Assembly (NCBI RefSeq): GCF_039530285.1
Contig: NZ_BAAAOK010000005.1
Location: forward strand, 289,961 to 353,960
Length of the DNA: 64,000 bases
From: Actinomadura alba
GTDB taxonomy: Bacteria; Actinomycetota; Actinomycetes; Streptosporangiales; Streptosporangiaceae
Direction: 5' to 3'
The notes beneath the pieces were generated by a model that did no database searches, was not told the DNA's origin, and saw only the letters and a list, made by a program, of their open reading frames with translations. Made by a program: the position numbers and the translations under genes. Shown here piece after piece: positions 63,415 through 64,000 of this stretch (position 1 is its first letter; each line of letters starts with the position of its first letter).

Positions 63415-63538
63415 CAGATTCCGGTCTCCTTCAACGCGCGCAGCGCCTCGATCAGCTCGGCCCAGAGCACGGGTCTCAGGGGAACGGCGGTTTCTGCCAT
63501 CTGGTCGCTCTCTTTCGCATCGCATGCGGAAACTACGA

Positions 63539-64000
63539 TCAGGAACGTCGGTCCAGGGCCGTGCGGACGATGTGCTCGGCGATGGCGAGGGCGGACGTCG
63601 CGGCGGGCGACGGCGCGTTGCGCACCGACACCACGCGTCCATTGCGGGTGATCCGGAAGTCGTCGACCAGTGCGCCGTCGGCCCCCAGGGCCTGCGCCCG
63701 TACCCCGCTGGGCCCGGGCAGGACGTCGTCGACGGTGAGCTCGGGAACGTACCTGCGGGCCCGGGCGATGAAGACTCGTCTGCTCAGCGAACCCGCCACC
63801 TCGGCCGCTCCGGTGCGCCAGTGCCTGCGGGCGAAGCGGCGGAAGCCGGGCCAGCCGAAGGTCTCGCGCACGTCGGCGAGGCGGACGTCGGGGCGCCGAT
63901 AGCCTTCGCGGGCCAGGGCGAGCACCGCGTTGGGCCCGATCAGGACCTCGCCGTCCACCCGCGGGGTGATGTGGACTCCGAGGAAGGGATAGCGGGGGTC
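63539..64000 (-). CDS. L-2-hydroxyglutarate oxidase/dehydrogenase-like FAD-dependent oxidoreductase, C-terminal part (gene continues past window end)
   Basis: C-terminal 139 aa ...GEVLIGPNAVLALAREGY...SALAIAEHIV; N-terminus beyond 64000. Confidence 0.5.
   Translation of the reverse strand, partial: DPRYPFLGVHITPRVDGEVLIGPNAVLALAREGYRRPDVRLADVRETFGWPGFRRFARRHWRTGAAEVAGSLSRRVFIARARRYVPELTVDDVLPGPSGVRAQALGADGALVDDFRITRNGRVVSVRNAPSPAATSALAIAEHIVRTALDRRS

Overview
This is a 64 kb, roughly 70% GC actinobacterial chromosomal segment. It is densely coding on both strands, with about 65 protein-coding genes. I found no rRNA, tRNA or CRISPR array. All gene functions below come from motif-level reading of the supplied translations; nothing was searched against a database.

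Gene content in order along the window:
- 1-6000: a minus-strand transporter operon. It holds a partial MFS transporter, a PotA/FbpC-type ABC ATPase, a fused two-domain ABC permease and two tandem paralogous lipoprotein solute-binding proteins.
- 6.2-28.3 kb: a large aromatic-acid catabolic island.
  - It contains a HIBADH-like dehydrogenase, an MFS transporter and a class II aldolase.
  - It contains two bicupin ring-cleavage dioxygenases, an RpiB-family isomerase and two PhtD-like (4,5-dihydroxyphthalate decarboxylase family) paralogs.
  - It contains an orphan EutA-like ATPase with a His-rich N-terminal extension, and gpmA.
  - An IS200/IS605-type TnpB element is inserted between gpmA and the second PhtD-like gene.
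  - A ten-gene co-directional minus-strand block runs from 28252 down to 18533. It encodes ferredoxin reductase, [2Fe-2S] ferredoxin, a phthalate-family Rieske oxygenase alpha subunit, an unknown 171 aa protein, a PanB-like enzyme, an alpha/beta hydrolase, a Zn-ADH, an RraA/LigK-like aldolase, a LigI/LigJ-like amidohydrolase and a PhtD-like decarboxylase.
  - Two paralogous FCD-type GntR regulators sit in the island.
  - A repeated AT-rich operator-like motif (GTATTGGTATGACCATA / GGT-N3-ACC) marks at least eight promoter regions in the island.
- 29.8-32.8 kb: an orphan sensor histidine kinase is convergent, 3 bp apart, with a 514 aa protein that fuses an N-terminal TM + SPFH/stomatin domain to a complete Hanks-type Ser/Thr kinase domain. 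I do not recall a characterised example of this architecture.
- 33-40 kb: a secreted PLC-like protein, an ECF sigma/anti-sigma pair, a hypothetical protein, a Tat-secreted DmpA/S58 peptidase, a secreted protein with His-rich tandem repeats and a zinc-ribbon protein.
- 40.1-44.9 kb: a lower-GC, phage-like patch. It holds an acidic 43 aa peptide, a 5' fragment of a PGRP-type amidase gene, a phage T4 Endo VII-family nuclease, an intact PGRP amidase, a membrane protein, a GGCT-like fusion protein and an HTH protein.
- 44.8-50.4 kb: an NAD-dependent epimerase, alpha/beta hydrolases, an XRE regulator divergent from an aldo/keto reductase, and a third GntR regulator.
- 50.6-61 kb: two molybdenum-hydroxylase (xanthine dehydrogenase family) gene sets.
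  - The first has nicotinate-dehydrogenase-like architecture: FAD subunit, FeS subunit, and a molybdopterin subunit split into a 463 aa and a 354 aa polypeptide by an in-frame TGA. It is followed by CoxD/CoxE-like maturation genes and an amidohydrolase.
  - The second is a conventional FeS/FAD/Mo trio.
- 61-64 kb: SnoaL-like, FAH-family, SDR and partial LhgO-like genes.
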